The position numbers were made by a program, and so were the translations under genes. Below the pieces are notes generated by a model, which saw only the letters and a program-made list of their open reading frames with translations, did not search any database and was not told where the DNA came from. A DNA stretch of 63,353 nucleotides, filler included, from Reclinomonas americana ATCC 50394 (lineage: Eukaryota): NCBI GenBank assembly GCA_048213135.1. It is 7 parts of 3 records of this genome, joined end to end, with 100 filler letters (N's around TTAATTAATTAA, not from the genome) between each part and the next. Parts side by side here need not be neighbours in the genome. Positions count along the whole stretch, not along the records: positions 1 to 6,494 come from PS015231.1; positions 6,595 to 13,762 come from PS015231.1; 5 more parts are not named here. One strand, written 5' to 3'. Positions within the stretch are counted from its first letter, which is position 1. The number at the start of each line of letters is the position of its first letter. Below are positions 1 to 13,076 of the stretch, one piece after another.

Positions 1-5
1 CGCAC

Positions 6-202
6 ATCGTAGCTCCACAGGAGCGGGTCGATCTGCGCAGACAGGAACACAGCACGATTAAGCATGGCGCACGAAGAACGAGGGACGCAAGAAGGGCGCC
101 ACGCACCAGCCACAGCCACAGCGTGACGTACATCACAATGCCGGTGAGTGCCACCAGGCCCATCTCCACCTCGCGGCGAATCGAGGCCATGCGGTTGGGG
201 GT
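6..202 (-). CDS. Two exons (107-202, 6-32) of a sterol desaturase-family N-terminal region, probably the 5' part of the gene at 1123-2263 on an inverted contig
   Basis: AG/GT-bounded exons read TPNRMASIRREVEMGLVALTGIVMYVTLWLWL | IDPLLWSYD. The phase-0 end matches the phase-0 start (WYETHEF) of the + strand exon at 1123. Confidence 0.65.
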
Positions 203-597
203 CTGTGCAGGAGGTCAGAAGGAGGTGGCAAATATGAGGAGGGTGGGGAGATGTGGAAGACGAAACCTTGGCCTTGGGGTTGGTGAACTCGAAGAAGGAG
301 CCGCTGTGGAGGAACAAGGTGAGGGAACGGAACAAAAAGGGAAAGAGAGATGAGGGGAGGGATGGAGAAGAGGGAGGGAGAGAGAATGAGGAGAATGAAC
401 AAGGGTGTGACTGAGACACAAGGAGATGCTGAAGGAAAAAACGCCGAGTGACAGACATGGCCAAGTAAGCATGCATGCACTCAGCGGAGAGAAGGATGGC
501 GAGTGAGAGACAAGGCATGCGAGACATGAAACCAAATGGAAGGGCGCGAAGAACAGACTGAGAGAGAGAAAAGAGACAAGCGAGAAGGATGCCGACG

Positions 598-643
<46 letters not shown>

Positions 644-1122
644 AGGACGGGGTGGAAAACAGACNNNNNNNNNNNNNNNNNNNNNNNNNNNNNNNNNNNN
701 NNNNNNNNNNNNNNNNNNNNNNNNNNNNNNNNNNNNNNNNNNNNNNNNNNNNNNNNNNNNNNNNNNNNNNNNNNNNNNNNNNNNNNNNNNNNNNNNNNNN
801 NNNNNNNNNNNNNNNNNNNNNNNNNNNNNNNNNNNNNNNNNNNNNNNNNNNNNNNNNNNNNNNNNNNNNNNNNNNNNNNNNNNNNNNNNNNNNNNNNNNN
901 NNNNNNNNNNNNNNNNNNNNNNNNNNNNNNNNNNNNNNNNNNNNNNNNNNNNNNNNNNNNNNNNNNNNNNNNNNNNNNNNNNNNNNNNNNNNNNNNNNNN
1001 NNNNNNNNNNNNNNNNNNNNNNNNNNNNNNNNNNNNNNNNNNNNNNNNNNNNNNNNNNNNNNNNNTGCACTTTCTCTCCTCATCCTCTCCTTGATTCACC
1101 ATCTCATCCCCCGTCTGCACAG

Positions 1123-2263
1123 TGGTATGAGACGCACGAGTTCACGTGGTTCGACATGATCCGCGACGGTGCCATCTACATGTTCTGGATGGACACGTGG
1201 TTCTACTGGACTCATCGCTTGTTGCAGTTGCGTCCTCCCTTTTCCGCAAGTGGCTTACAGTCTGTTACTCATTGTCCGCGGATAGCCTGCCGTTCTGGAT
1301 GAAGTATGTCCACTGCTACCACGTGAGTCCATGTTGCTTCCGCTCTCCTCATTGATGCCTCCTCTCATCTTTTGTTTTCTACGCAGCACGGTGCTTTACA
1401 TGCTCCCCACCGCATCCACGACAACTTCGAGCCGTCACTGACTTCTATTTTCTATTTTCCCTGCAGCGTTCATCAACCCGAGCGCCTTTGCGCAGGACGC
1501 CACCCACCCGTTCGAGACCATCCTGCAGGTGCGTCGACTTGCAGCGGTGTAGTTGTTGCCAAACAACAATGAGTGTGACCATTCTTTCATAGGGACCGAT
1601 GGGACACCACTTTGTGTTTGTTCTCTGGGTTCGTAGTAATCTGTGCACACCCTCCTCTCTCCCCGATACTCACCTCGTTGACGTACTTGCAGCACGTGCA
1701 CCCGCTGGTGGCGAGCTTCATTGGCTTCTGGACCTCGTTGTACGCCATTGCCGCCCACGACGGTCGCATTTTCGACCTCAACGACCACTGGTTGCGTCGT
1801 CACCGACAACCACCGCTTCCATCTCCTCTTGCTCACCTTCCTTTCCTCTCGTGCAGCAAGCACCACCACTTTGGCAACGTGAACTTTGGCCTCTACTGGG
1901 GCATGTTGCGTTGTCTGCAATCGTAAGCTGGCTGCTTTCCCCGTCTGATCGTTGTGCTGTCCGTGCAGCTGGGACTACATTTGCGGCACGCGCTTCAACC
2001 GCAACGACCCGCAGGTTTGCTCACGCCGCGGCCAGCTCATCGAGAAGACACAGTACCTCGATGTGTACACCTGGGAGCAGTTCTTTGCTTACGTTGAGCC
2101 ACAAACAATCACCTGCACGCCTCCCTTGCATTCGCGCTCATGTTCCCCGCAGACCAAGGAACACCCGATGGAGGCCGAGGACATCACGCCTGGCGAGACG
2201 TCAACCACCACCAAGGCCGAGAAGGCCGGCAACGTCACTCGCCGCCCCGCCGCCAAGAAGTGA
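1123..2263 (+). CDS. Sterol desaturase / fatty acid hydroxylase superfamily protein (ERG3-like), 3' part
   Basis: Exons 1123-1226, 1286-1322, 1387-1390, 1467-1528, 1593-1628, 1693-1790, 1857-1904, 1969-2092 and 2153-2263 splice in frame. They give His boxes HRLLH, HCYHH and HCKHH plus PSAFAQDATHPFE and NFGLYWGIWDYICGT. Confidence 0.9.
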
Positions 2264-2413
2264 GACGTGTGCACCCACGCTGCACGACTGTGCGTTCTGT
2301 CCTCTTTTTATCTCTCCCTTCCCTTCTCTTTCGCCCCTTTCCCCTTGCACAGTTGCTGCTTTCTGCAATCGTACAGCATTTTACGGTTGCACACCAAATG
2401 TACTCGACGAGGT

Positions 2414-5400
2414 TCAGTCTTCCAAGACCTGGCATGTTGTAAACGGGTGCGAACGTGCGAAAACGCGCAACACCGAGGTCGCCGAGTCGTCCACGAACGC
2501 ATCTGTCGGAATATGTGAGCGACGCACAAACCTCCGGCCTCCTCCCATCAACGCAACTGCGGACGTGCAGGTAACGGAGCGAGTGCGTGCGTTCCACCAG
2601 CAACAGCATTTCGTCCAACGCGCCGGCGGTGAGACTTGCATCTGGCGACACACGCGTGTGAGAGACGGAAGGAAACACGGTAACCATGCAGCACGACATG
2701 CACGGAACTATTTATGCGCAGAGTCTCCACCGTAGTGCTGGTGAGTCGAAGGGAGCGGAACAGGGCAGAGGCGAGCAGATTCGTTAAGTGGTTGTCTGCA
2801 TGCATCATAAGGACCACGGCAGAGTGACGAACAGGGAATAAGACGAACCGCTGAGGTCCAACAGACGCAGATGAGCAGCTGTTTCCACGATACACAGCAG
2901 CGACGGCCAGTGTACGTTTCGCAGTCGGCAGCCTGCATGCACCGACCCACTAAGGAGATGAGTATCGAGGTGGAAAAGATGATATCACTACACATATGTG
3001 TCAATTTCATGTACTGGTCGATTTGACCTCTCCTTTCCCCCCTCACACGCACCTGCCAAAACAAGCTCGCGCAGTTCTGCCTCCGGTCTTGCCACGTACA
3101 CGCTCAACGCTTCAACATCGTCCACGCTTAACACCGCCCCTAAACTCACACAAATGCACATGTAAGAATGAATGCCTAGCGCAGAGATAGAGAACAAATG
3201 AGGCTAGCCTACCCGACAAGTCCAGTCGCCATATCGTCGACGGCAAGTGCGACAAGGCAGAGCGGTGAGATCGGCCTTCGAGTGTACGCAAGAGTGCTTC
3301 GCCAAAGTCGGCAGGCTTTGCAAAATTGTCGGTGAGCGCGAGCTCGCGCAGCGGTCGTGCATTGGATGCAGGCAGCAGGTTTCGCTCAGCGACAGCGGAG
3401 AAGAGCACCGTCCACTCGGCACTCTCCAGGTACTCGTCGTGCGGCATGCCTGCAACGCACGATCAAAAACAGGAGATTGATATCGACAGGCTGCCAATCA
3501 TGTAAACCTGACAAGATCAGTCGCTCAAGACCGGAGTTGGAGGCCAGCGCCTTGGCAAGTGCACAGATGGGATCCAGTAAGCTAGTCGCGTGGTTTACAG
3601 ACAGGCTGCCACAGCCGATTTCCTGCACAACAACAGTAAGCAGGGAGAGGGAGAGGGAGAGGGAGAGGGAGGGAGAGAGAGAGCACGACGCAGCGGGGCA
3701 CAAGTTTGGTGGAGACGAACGAGGTGTCACAAAGAGAGTGTGCGAGAAGTGGGTGCCTTGCGGTGGTGCCGAGAGGGATAGGGGTCGGCGGAGATGAATG
3801 AGAAGGTGTTGTTCAGTGTGTGGAGGAGTGGCTATCAAAGACTTAGCTAAGTGGTGTCTGTGGTACGGAAAGAGAGGTACAGAAGGAGGGGTTCGGTGGA
3901 TGTGAGAGAAGTGTCGACAACATGTTTCCAAGTGTGTGGAGTAGCGACTGTCAAGGACGCATCAAGGTGCCTTGTCTGCAGTGGTGCTGAGAGGGACAGA
4001 TGAACGATGTGACAAGGTACAGAAGGGGCAAAAGTCGGTGTTTGTGAAGGAAGTGTCGACACTACTGAGAGAGAGAGAAAGGGGCGGTCAAACAAACCAG
4101 TGAGCGCAATCCGTCGTTCGCTGCCAGAGCGCCAACAAGAGTGGTGAAGGCGTTATTGTTCATCGATGTGTCTGCACGATCGTCAGCCACAACCCGCCCG
4201 TTTCTTGAATGTCTCAGTGAAGAAACGAAAGACTCACCGTGCAGCGAGAGCGCAGTCAGTGGGCAGTGCGGCTGACTCAGGAAGTGTGCGAGACGCGTGG
4301 TGGTGGCAGCATCCAGTGAATTCCCTGCGTTTCTCTACTTAAAAAGAGACGCAGAAGCACATAGAAACGCCTCCCAATCATACCGTCGATGGCCAGGGTT
4401 TGTAGATGTGGAAGGCTTTCCACGAGCTCGAGCAGCACACGCAACGCCTCATCCGACAGACTGCCGACGACGTGCCACGTGGATCGCCGTTGCCGGTCGT
4501 GAGACGGGCGTGAAAATGAGCCGCTCTGCGATATGCTGGGCCTCATCAGCGGGAGATTCGCAGTGTCATAGCCGCTGCTGATGCGCAGTCGCTCCAGCGA
4601 CGTCGAGCCGTTCAGGCTGGCGACCAGGGCTCGCACGCCCTCCACCTCGACACCGGTGGCGGTCAGGTCGAGGTGACGCAGTCGAGTGCCGCTGAGACTC
4701 CTGGCTACACGGGCCACGCCGGCATCGTCCAGCGGACAGCCGCGCAAATTCAGCTCCGTGAGTGACGCGCACTTTGACACCAGTGCGCCGATGCTGGACG
4801 ACATGAACGCGATGTTGTTGTCGGCCAGCCACAAGCTCTCCAGAGACCAAGGCGCCTGATCGGTCAGTTGGCCGATGAGTCGTGACAGCGACGCCTGCGC
4901 TGCGTTGGACAAGCCGTTCAGGGATCGGCTGAGATCGAGGCGGCGTACTGGCGCCTGTCCGAGGAGTTCGACCAGTTCGGCAAACACAGTGAGGTCGTCC
5001 TTGTTGAGGCGCTGTGCAATCCACGGGGTCGACGACAAGTCCACCAGGTCGGTGGGAATCTTGTGTCGTGCCAGCGTGTGCAGCAGCTGAATGGCGCACT
5101 CGGGTGATCCTTGGCGCGTGAAGGTGGATTCTGTGAAAGGAAAGGGAGGGGTTGATGGGCAAGGATGGGGATGCGTTGTGGTGCGCGCGAGACAAAACCT
5201 TTCAGACTGAGGCGAGTCAGCGCGTTGCAGTTGCCAATCGCGTCGGTGAATCCGCGCTCCCCGATGCAGCCGCCTGGGGAGGGGGATGAGGGGAAAGGGG
5301 AAGGGGGAAGGGAAGGGAAGAAGAAAGAAGGTGAAAGGGGGAAGGGGTATGAGGGGAAGTGGAGTGGGAAGGGAAGAAGGGAGAAGGTGAAAGAAGGAAG

Positions 5401-8400
5401 GGGTATATATGAGGGGAAGTGGAGTGGGAAGGGAAGAAGGGAGAGGGTGAAAGGGAGAAGGGGTATGAGGTGGAAGTGGAGTGGGAAGGGAAGAAGGGAG
5501 AAGGTGAAAGAAGGAAAAGGTATGAGGGGAAAGGGTGATGAGGTGGAAGGTAAAGGAGAATGTGAAAGGGGAAGGGTAGATCGGGGTGCTAAGGAAGGCG
5601 AGAAACGGTGGCAAGTGGGACAAGGGAAGGAACAGCAGGTAATCTGCAACTGTTTCCTCCCGTTTCTTAATGTGTCTCTCTGGGTGCGTTGTGCTTCTCA
5701 CAAGTTCGCCACTGACTTGTGTGCAATGGCTTATCTGCTCTAAAAGCTTCACTCTGCCTCAATCTCTCTCGCCCTTTCTGCATACTCCTGTCTCCGCTCT
5801 ATCGCATTGGTCTCTGACCCACCACAACGGCATACCTCGCAGAGACAACACACGTAGCGCAGGTAGCTGGACCCACGTATCGAAACCAATCGAATAATCA
5901 TCACCAGCGGCGTGTGGTCCTGCATGCCCCAATACCAGGGAGTGCAGATGGGTGCAGGCCGGCAAGGCCGCGTGCGCCGGCAAGTCAGTGGACATGAAGG
6001 GACTCTCGGAAATTCCAGCTGGAAAGGGAAGGGATGGGTGAGCAGCAACAAGGAGCGCCACGCAGGGTGAGCGGAGCCACCTTTGAGAACGATTCGCCGC
6101 ACGGAGTGGGTGAAGGGGGCCACCAGCAGTCCCAAGTTGGTGCGCACTGGCAGGGACAGCTCGGAGAGGTTGCTTTGTTTAGGGGAAGGGGGATGGTAAG
6201 GAAAGGGAGGAGAGAGAGCCAAGAGAGTAGTGGAATGCGAAGGGTGAAGAGAGATGAAAGAGAAATGGTGAGAAAACATCTAGGGAGAGCGAGAGTGCAA
6301 GTTTCAGATCATCTGCAAGTAAGAGAGCGGCAGATAAGGGTAACAAAGAAAGGAGGACGGCTGGAGAGTTGAGTGAGCGTACGCGTTGGGAAGAGAGGGA
6401 GCCATGACAAGAAAAGCACTGTGGACGAGCAGCTTGTGGGGAATATGGGACGAAGGGGTTAGAGAGAGAAAGAGAGAGAGAGAGACAACAAGAANNNNNN
6501 NNNNNNNNNNNNNNNNNNNNNNNNNNNNNNNNNNNNNNTTAATTAATTAANNNNNNNNNNNNNNNNNNNNNNNNNNNNNNNNNNNNNNNNNNNNAAGCAA
6601 GTGGAGTCAGGATGCCGTGGGGAACGAAAGGAGGAGAGAGAGAAAGAGAGAGACAACAAGCATCACGTGAACTGACAGGAGAAAAATGCAAACTGGAGTC
6701 ACAGGCACGAAAGACAGGGAGGACGAAACAGGGAGACACTGCGAGTTGCAAGTGAACTGCAAAGAAGACGAAAATAATAATCGGGTGAGAGGAACAGCAG
6801 GAAGCAAGTGGAGACCGGATGCCGGGGAGAATAAAAGGAGGAGAGAGAGAGAGAGAGAAAGAGAGAGACTATCTTGTGATACGCACTTTTCCAGCATTTC
6901 GCAGAAACCAGTCGACACTTGCCACAGGTAACTAAAGTCTGCAAGCGACGAGGAGGTGAACTCTCAAAGACACGAACAAATCACCATTTTGGAGACGCAC
7001 CACTGAGTGACAGGAAGTGGCACACGAGGGTGGTGGCACGCGGTGGCAAGTCCGCCAGTGATCGACGCGTCGACGGACTGTGTCGGGTCAACGACAGCCG
7101 CCGTTGTGGAGGCACAGAGACATCCGCAGCCTGTCGGAGCGACGAGGATAAGAGTCAACGCATTTGCGCTCACACACGGCGTGTGATTCGCGACGCAACG
7201 GCAGAGGGCGTGTGCACCGAGCGACCGGACAACACCTGCAGTGCCATGAGCCACTGCGCGCGGAGGGCATTGTCTTCAATCACGAAATCCACTGTCCGCT
7301 TCGGCAGCACAATGGTGATGATGTGCGATGCTGTGTGTGGAAAAGTAAGTAGAACCGCGACATTCTATCTTTGAGCACAAACACAAACCCGGAAAGCATG
7401 TGCGCAGAGGCGACAACAGTCCCTGTTGCTGCACCTGCTGCACCTCACAAAACTGCAGTCGCCGATTCATGCGTCTCGCCGATGCACCCCACTGCAATGG
7501 TCCGCGAATTAGCGTTGGCAAGAGCGCGAAGCGTCCCCGACGAAGTAACACAAACCTGCAGGCATGAACGATCGGGCGACAAGCATAGCACGCGCCGGTG
7601 ATGCTTTCGACCGCGGCTGGCGTAGATGAGTTTGATGACGGTGGCCGGTTTCGATACCGCCACAATGGCGAGCTCGGCACGCTTATTGGCCACGCTCTCC
7701 AGGTGCGCGCGACATCGCTCGTCGCGGTCTTGTGCGTAGGCGGCGTCCTTGTAACAGCAAAGGGGGGNNNNNNNNNNNNNNNNNNNNNNNNNNNNNNNNN
7801 NNNNNNNNNNNNNNNNNNNNNNNNNNNNNNNNNNNNNNNNNNNNNNNNNNNNNNNNNNNNNNNNNNNNNNNNNNNNNNNNNNNNNNNNNNNNNNNNNNNN
7901 NNNNNNNNNNNNNNNNNNNNNNNNNNNNNNNNNNNNNNNNNNNNNNNNNNNNNNNNNNNNNNNNNNNNNNNNNNNNNNNNNNNNNNNNNNNNNNNNNNNN
8001 NNNNNNNNNNNNNNNNNNNNNNNNNNNNNNNNNNNNNNNNNNNNNNNNNNNNNNNNNNNNNNNNNNNNNNNNNNNNNNNNNNNNNNNNNNNNNNNNNNNN
8101 NNNNNNNNNNNNNNNNNNNNNNNNNNNNNNNNNNNNNNNNNNNNNNNNNNNNNNNNNNNTAAGCTGAAGTGAAACTGGGGAAGAGAAAGGACTGATACGC
8201 AGAAGGATAGGAGTGGGGAAAGCGAAGGAGGAAAGAGGAGAGAGGAGACTGGGGTTGACGGAAAATGAGAGCTTGCGTCGGGCCACCAAACCTCTGCTGC
8301 CCGCTGCTGCTCATGCGATCGCACGCGTTCCGACCACCGCAACGCATCAATCGCGCAATTCTCCGCCTCATGCTGCGCCACCAGCTCCGGAGCCTCCTCG

Positions 8401-9228
8401 TCCGCCAGCTCACGCACTCGTTGAATGGCACGCTGCGTTCGACCCGTTGTGAGCAAACGCAAGAGGTGGCGAGAACTAGCCAAGACGCAACGTTGATGGC
8501 CAGCAGCCATCCCTGCACCAAGTGACCCTTGTGCACGCGCAGTCGATGCACTCGACCAATGTCTCGCGCATGCCTCCACGCCGCGATAGCCGGGGTGCCA
8601 GACGCCGCGGCCGCAGCAGAGAGCGGGAACACGACTGCAGGAGGGAGAGAGGGAAGTGGGGAAAGGAATGAGAAGGCGCGATGATAACGAGAGACAGAGA
8701 GAGGAATGATAAGGAGAAGCGAAAGCCGACGCGGCGATGAATTACGACTGCGTGGAAAGTTATGGATATAGAATGAGATTAAGAGAGGGTGGGTGAATGA
8801 AAAAAGAAGGATACAAGCCACAGAAGACAACGGGAACACGACAGAAAAAGAGAGGAAATTCAAAAACCGCGGCAGATAACAAGAACATGTCATAGGCGAG
8901 AGGAGAAGAAGGGAACACGACTGTATGACAGAGAGAGAGAGAGAGAGAAGACATGAACAGGATAGGCCACAAGAGAACGGTACACGACATGAGAAAAGAG
9001 CGAAAGAAGGGGAGGAAATGACGAGGAAGTAATTGCCGAAACACAACCGCATGGCAAAGAGCGAGAGAGCGCGCGATACGGAGAGAGAGAGGGAGAGGAC
9101 ATAAAACAGGATAGGCCACGAGAGAACGGGTACACGAGTGCGTGAGAAAGAGAGGGAGAGAGAGGTTGAGGGAGTGAAGAGAAAAGAAAACAGCCGCAGC
9201 AGACGATCGGAAACAACGTTTACTGCAT

Positions 9229-9262
<34 letters not shown>

Positions 9263-9382
9263 GGGAAAGAGGACATGAACAGGATAGGCCACAAGAGAAT
9301 GGGTGCACGATCGCATGAGAAAGAGAGAGGGAGAGAGGGAAAGGGAATGACAAGGAAAGAATTGCCGGAACACAGCTGCATG

Positions 9383-9417
<35 letters not shown>

Positions 9418-9988
9418 GAGTATGCACAGGAAGGATAACAGCCACAGCAGACGAAGGAAGCAGGAGAGAGGAGAGGAATGCATGCAACATGAACAATTGA
9501 CTGGCGCCCGGAAGAACGATGCCACCCACTTGCAATAAGTGAAAGGGTCTTCAGCTCACCAATAACACCCGGAGACAACGGATCGACTTCTGCTCCACTT
9601 GCACCGCACAGATCCAGCTTATAATGCGCCTCCCTCATCTTATGATCAATCACACATATAAGATTGAGTGATCACACAATGCACAACTGTGTGTGCATGT
9701 GAGAGAGTTTGTGAGAGTGAGAGAGAGACTCACCTGTGCAGGCCACTTTGCATGATAGAAATACACAGAGAAGAACGCCATGACAGCGTATGAATGCATG
9801 TCTTCCGCCTCTTCTTCCTCAGTCATGACTGCTGCTGATTGCGCGACAACAACACCCTCTCCACTGTCACTTTCCGCACTGTCATGATGGCGATGATGAT
9901 GTTTCTTGTGTGTCACAGAGGAGGGAGGCTCCAAGTCCAACAGAGTCACACGAGAGCGCAGAGTGAGACACTCGGGAAGACATTGCAT
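2414..9988 (-). CDS. Multi-exon coiled-coil/PH + F-box + RNI-like leucine-rich repeat protein (start codon uncertain, 9988 or 9826; model crosses gaps)
   Basis: PH-like segment LIYASRGRKHHRRVLCLSPDRSCLQWG...IITIVLPKRTVDFVIEDNALRAQWLMALQ (~7230-7650). F-box-like LADLPPRATTLVCHFLSLSDFSYLWQVS (~6890-7070). LRRs such as LESLWLADNNI, LTELNLRGCPLDDAGV and LRHLDLTATGV. Stop at 2414-2416. Confidence 0.7.
6539..6550. other. Assembly linker TTAATTAATTAA embedded in N runs (also at 13807, 32450, 41044, 45123, 57504)
   Basis: The identical 12-mer, with stops in all six frames, is flanked by Ns at six places. This is a contig-joining artefact. Confidence 0.95.
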
Positions 9989-10470
9989 TTTCTCTCTCAA
10001 TGTCAATCAATCAATCAATCCGCGCTGTCCTGCGACCAGTCGGTGATGAGCCCTGCGTGTTAGAGAGGTTCCAAGTCCACCAAGCACAGTCGGGAAGACA
10101 TTGCATTGTGCTTGTGTCTTTTCTCTCAATCAGTATCGCTGCTTCCTCGGTGTCCTGCGACCACTCAAGCGATGAGCCCTGTGTGCCAGAGAGGAGGAAG
10201 GTTCCAAGTCCAACAAAGTAACACGTGAGCGCAGTGTGAGGCACTCGCGAAGACATCTTTCGATGTCAATCAGACAGTCAGTCAATGTTGCTCTTGTCCT
10301 CGGTGATGAGCCCTGTGCGCCAGAGAGGTTCCAAGTCCAACATGCGAGAGCACAGCATTAGGAACGCGGTAAGACATTGCATTGTTGCTCTGCATCTCTC
10401 AATGACAATCTGTCAGAGTTATCACTGCTCTTCCTCGGTGTCCGACGACGACCACTCGGTGATCAGCCAC
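9915..10470. repeat. Degenerate ~130-bp tandem repeat, about 4 copies
   Basis: CCAAGTCCA recurs near 9930, 10071, 10204 and 10331. GACATTGCATT and GATGAGCCCTG also recur. Confidence 0.75.
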
Positions 10471-12986
10471 GGGAACTTCCACTCGTTGGGCATGCCCACG
10501 TGAGAGATACTGCAGTCAGTCAGTGNNNNNNNNNNNNNNNNNNNNNNNNNNNNNNNNNNNNNNNNNNNNNNNNNNNNNNNNNNNNNNNNNNNNNNNNNNN
10601 NNNNNNNNNNNNNNNNNNNNNNNNNNNNNNNNNNNNNNNNNNNNNNNNNNNNNNNNNAGAGGAGGAGAGGAGGAGAGGAGGAGAGGAGGAGAGGAGGAGA
10701 GGAGGAGAGGAGGAGAGGAGGAGAGGAGGAGAGGAGGAGAGGAGGAGAGGAGGAGAGAAGAGGAAAGGAAATGAGAAGAGAGCGAGAGGAAGAGAGGAGG
10801 AGAGAAGAAGGAAAGGAAGTGAGAAAAGAGCGAGAGGAAGAGAGGAGGAGGGGAGGACGGAAGGAGGAGAGGAGAAGGGAAGCGAACATAAGGAAACAGG
10901 GGAGAAGAGGAAAGAAGGAGAGGAGAAGGGAGGCGAAAAGAGCAAGATAAGAAAAGGGGAAGGGGGAGAAGCACGAGAAAATGATACAGCGGCGACGGGA
11001 GCAAGTGAGAATGAAAAGACGCAAAAGGAAGGACAACACCGCAAAGAGAGAAAGTCAGGGTTTTGTTGGTTGCATTGTGCAAGGTAGACGCAGGGCACGC
11101 AACGAGTCTTGCTCATGGCGTAGCTGGTGACCTTGGTGTCGATGCCGGCGTGGTCGCGGAAGCCAAAGGCGCCAATCGGCCACGTGCCGTTCTGCGAGAG
11201 ACGAGTGAGGGGCGGAAGAAGGCTAGTGCAGCTGAGAAGCAGCTACGATACCTTCGGGTTCAGATCCGAGCGGCAGGAGATGGCGTTCTCGCCAGTGAAG
11301 GGCGGATTGCAGCCGTCGCAGCGCGACAACGGATCGTTCTTGTAGTCGTTGTAGCGCATGAAACTGCGAGTGTGGCGGAGTGAATACGGAGCCCATTTCT
11401 ACCTCCCCTCCTGTCCCTCTCTCGACTTACCGCTTCATGGCCTCCATGTCGCCAATCTTCGAGTGATCGCGCTGGATGATCAGATTGCGCGCCGTCTTGT
11501 CGTACGAGAACCAGTTGCCGAACTTTTGCACCAGAGCCGGGCAGCCCGAGGCATCAAAAATGCTGCAAGAGGAGGAAAGGGAGTGAGGATAAGGAGAAGG
11601 GGAAGGGGAAGAGAGGAGAGAGGAGGGGAGAAGGAGAAGGGGAAAAGAGAGGAGAGGGGAGGGGAGAGGGAGAAGGGGAAAGAGAGGAGAGGGATCATGT
11701 GTGCTAGCGCGTGGGATGAAAAACAATTGAATGGCGGAGAGAAGAGAAGGGAGAGACTGAGAGGCGCGAGGGAGAGGAAGGGCAGGGAGGGGGTGGCAAG
11801 AGCGAGGTTGTGAATGGCGAGAAGAGCATTGTGGAAGGGCGCGATGATGTCGTGGGGACGGTGAGATGATCATTGTGAGAAGGGGAAAGAGAGGCGAGGG
11901 ATCATGTGTGCTAGCGCATGAGATGAGAGGCGGAGAGAAGAGAAGGGAGAGACTGAGAGGCGCGAGGGAGAGGAAGGGCACGGAGGGGTGCGAGAGAGAA
12001 GTTGCGAAGGGCGAGAAGAGCATTGTGGGGAAGGTGACAAGAGCATTGTGAAGAAGGCGAGAAGAAGACAAGAAACTAAGGACTCCACACCAGGAGGATT
12101 GACGCACTTCTTGAAGTAGGCAACGTTGAAGGAGCCGAAATAGGTCTGCTGCGCCAGCAGGCTGGTCATGTCTTGCGACTGCAGCGGGACACGCATGAGA
12201 TCACACAAGATGGACGTTGAGTACAGGGACACGTTTCACGGACCTCGACCATGCCAGGGATCTGCGGAGTACAGCGGATGAGTACTTTCCTAAGGTATTA
12301 CAGTTGAAGAATAGAACGCACCTGCTCGAGGAGCCAGAAGGTGTTCGGCTTCAGTGGCTGGCCGGGTGTGAACAGCTTGTAGTCGACCACTGTGTGGAAT
12401 TACATGAGCACGAAACGTGCACCACACATACCGTCTCTCTCTCTCTCTCTCTCTCTCCTGCTGTACCGTACACTCCGCCTTGGCCGTACAGCAGGAAGGG
12501 AGAGGAGGGAGGATAGGAAGTAAGAAGAGAGCAAGAGGAGGAGAGAAGGAGAGGAGGNNNNNNNNNNNNNNNNNNNNNNNNNNNNNNNNNNNNNNNNNNN
12601 NNNNNNNNNNNNNNNNNNNNNNNNNNNNNNNNNNNNNNNNNNNNNNNNNNNNNNNNNNNNNNNNNNNNNNNNNNNNNNNNNNNNNNNNNNNNNNNNNNNN
12701 NNNNNNNNNNNNNNNNNNNNNNNNNNNNNNNNNNNNNNNNNNNNNNNNNNNNNNNNNNNNNNNNNNNNNNNNNNNNNNNNNNNNNNNNNNNNNNNNNNNN
12801 NNNNNNNNNNNNNNNNNNNNNNNNNNNNNNNNNNNNNNNNNNNNNNNNNNNNNNNNNNNNNNNNNNNNNNNNNNNNNNNNNNNNNNNNNNTACGTACGTA
12901 CGTACGTACGTACGTACGTACGTACGTACGTACGTACGTACGTACGTACGTACGTACGTACGTACGTACGTACTACTACTACCTAC

Positions 12987-13076
<90 letters not shown>

